A stretch of 32,000 bases of DNA from Chrysotila carterae (Eukaryota): the NCBI GenBank assembly GCA_054660715.1, contig BAAGDD010003710.1, positions 135,001 to 167,000 on the forward strand. Direction: 5' to 3'. Below are more notes on the stretch, generated by a model. It was not told where the DNA came from. It did no database searches and was given only the letters and a program-made list of their open reading frames with translations. The DNA is not shown here. Position 1 is the first letter of the stretch.

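Larger units (their letters stand above)
26653..31702 (-). repeat. Related unit (5050 bp): like the long type but lacking the internal KR-ACP-KS(b) block
   Basis: 27861..31703 matches 22811..26653 at offset 5050. About 26780..27480 matches about 18583..19283 at offset 8197. Confidence 0.9.

Noticed and set aside
2267-31756. Five separate PKS genes, each starting at a listed ORF start
   Set aside because: The ORF starts (some GTG) lie inside the proposed introns, and each would begin and end in the middle of the DH region with no intergenic space. A shared intron explains all junctions.
1-32000. Bacterial trans-AT PKS cluster
   Set aside because: Repeated GT-AG interruptions with coding continuity on both sides are not expected in bacteria, and there are no operon-like gene boundaries. 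The taxon nevertheless remains unverified.
1-32000. CRISPR arrays, tRNA/rRNA genes, or mobile elements mediating the repeats
   Set aside because: No short regularly spaced repeats with spacers, no recognisable RNA genes, and no transposase, terminal inverted repeats or LTRs at unit boundaries. The repeats are PKS modules themselves.

Overview
The window is almost entirely the minus strand of one giant modular type I polyketide synthase (PKS) gene, running from position 32000 down to 1 and open at both ends. The ORF track breaks it into large ORFs (31756..26768, 26664..18571, 18510..10375, 10271..6321, 6217..2267), plus an unlisted edge-open frame at 2151..1. The breaks are best explained by six copies of one short GT-AG intron (126 or 127 nt). 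Each starts GTGCGCC, ends ACGCAG, and sits in phase 0 at the same point inside the DH-to-reductase region. Removing them leaves 31,240 nt of coding sequence (about 10,413 codons) with no stops that I could find. Every internal exon is an exact multiple of 3 (1641, 2690, 2690, 1309 and 1309 codons). Domain order in the direction of synthesis is: (DH)-ER-KR-ACP | KS-DH-ER-KR-ACP | KS-KR-ACP | KS-DH-ER-KR-ACP | KS-KR-ACP | KS-DH-KR-ACP | KS-DH-KR-ACP | KS-DH-ER-KR(partial). No acyltransferase domain was recognised, so the line looks AT-less (trans-AT-like). The introns indicate a eukaryote. A microalga or protist is plausible by analogy with giant protist PKSs, but the species is not determinable here. 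The most interesting observations are: (1) the same phase-0 intron repeated in each DH-containing unit, making module-sized frame-neutral exons; (2) near-identical tandem units of about 4.05 and 8.2 kb; (3) three KS types that track the reductive chemistry of the module immediately upstream; (4) a mosaic architecture in which an approximately 1.5 kb DH/intron block is constant while KR/ACP/KS vary; (5) one chimeric KS with a sharply bounded divergent island at about 27.48-27.86 kb.
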